From Camelus ferus (lineage: Eukaryota): DNA of 64,000 bases. Location: NCBI RefSeq assembly GCF_009834535.1, contig NC_045696.1, positions 94,552,001 to 94,616,000 of the forward strand, in the 5' to 3' direction. The position numbers were made by a program, and so were the translations under genes. Below, piece after piece: positions 63,802 through 64,000 of this stretch (position 1 is its first letter; every line of letters starts with the position of its first letter). The notes under the pieces are model-generated. The model saw nothing but the letters and a program-made list of their open reading frames with translations, made no database searches and was not told the origin of the DNA.

Positions 63802-64000
63802 TTTAATAGTAAGTCCAGATAATAAGTTGAGTCTGTACGATTTCAGGAAAAACAGTTAGAACCTTGTAGTTTCATATGATCAAGAAATGTCCATGGTATA
63901 AATAAGTCTGCAATTCTAACTTGTAAAGGTTTACTCCATAACTTGTATATAGTTGTAACTATTTTATTATAGAAGATTCACTGATTTAATTGTTGTATAT

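Noticed and set aside
1..64000. ORF-track ORFs as protein-coding genes (e.g. 26989-27528, 38861-39187, 55421-55831, 56825-57241)
   Set aside because: Short, many with non-ATG starts, low-complexity or repeat-derived, with no recognisable domain and no consistent exon chain; only L1 ORF2 remnants are identifiable

Overview
Mammalian, AT-rich, non-coding genomic DNA, most likely from a camelid: it carries six copies of a tRNA-derived SINE with the structure of the Tylopoda Vic-1 family and many matching lineage-type L1 3' ends. I recognise no protein-coding exon, RNA gene or prokaryotic feature. The only ORFs with recognisable protein sequence are LINE-1 ORF2 remnants. The window is a mosaic of ancient repeats (L2, MIR, HAL1, L1M, MLT1, LTR16, LTR33, MER5/20/58/103, Tigger) and younger insertions (SINEs, truncated L1s, one ERV solo LTR), with repeat-poor blocks holding candidate regulatory sites. 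Repeat family names come from recalled consensus sequences, not from a search, and boundaries of old repeats are approximate. I found no convincing new biological system. The most notable observations are: a solo LTR with a phased CCAAT array and two octamer sites; an internal L1 ORF2 fragment with a perfect 16-bp TSD but no poly(A); a twin-primed inverted L1; two short local duplications each about 1.3-1.4 kb from its partner; a divergent CTCF motif pair; and an orphan CpG cluster.
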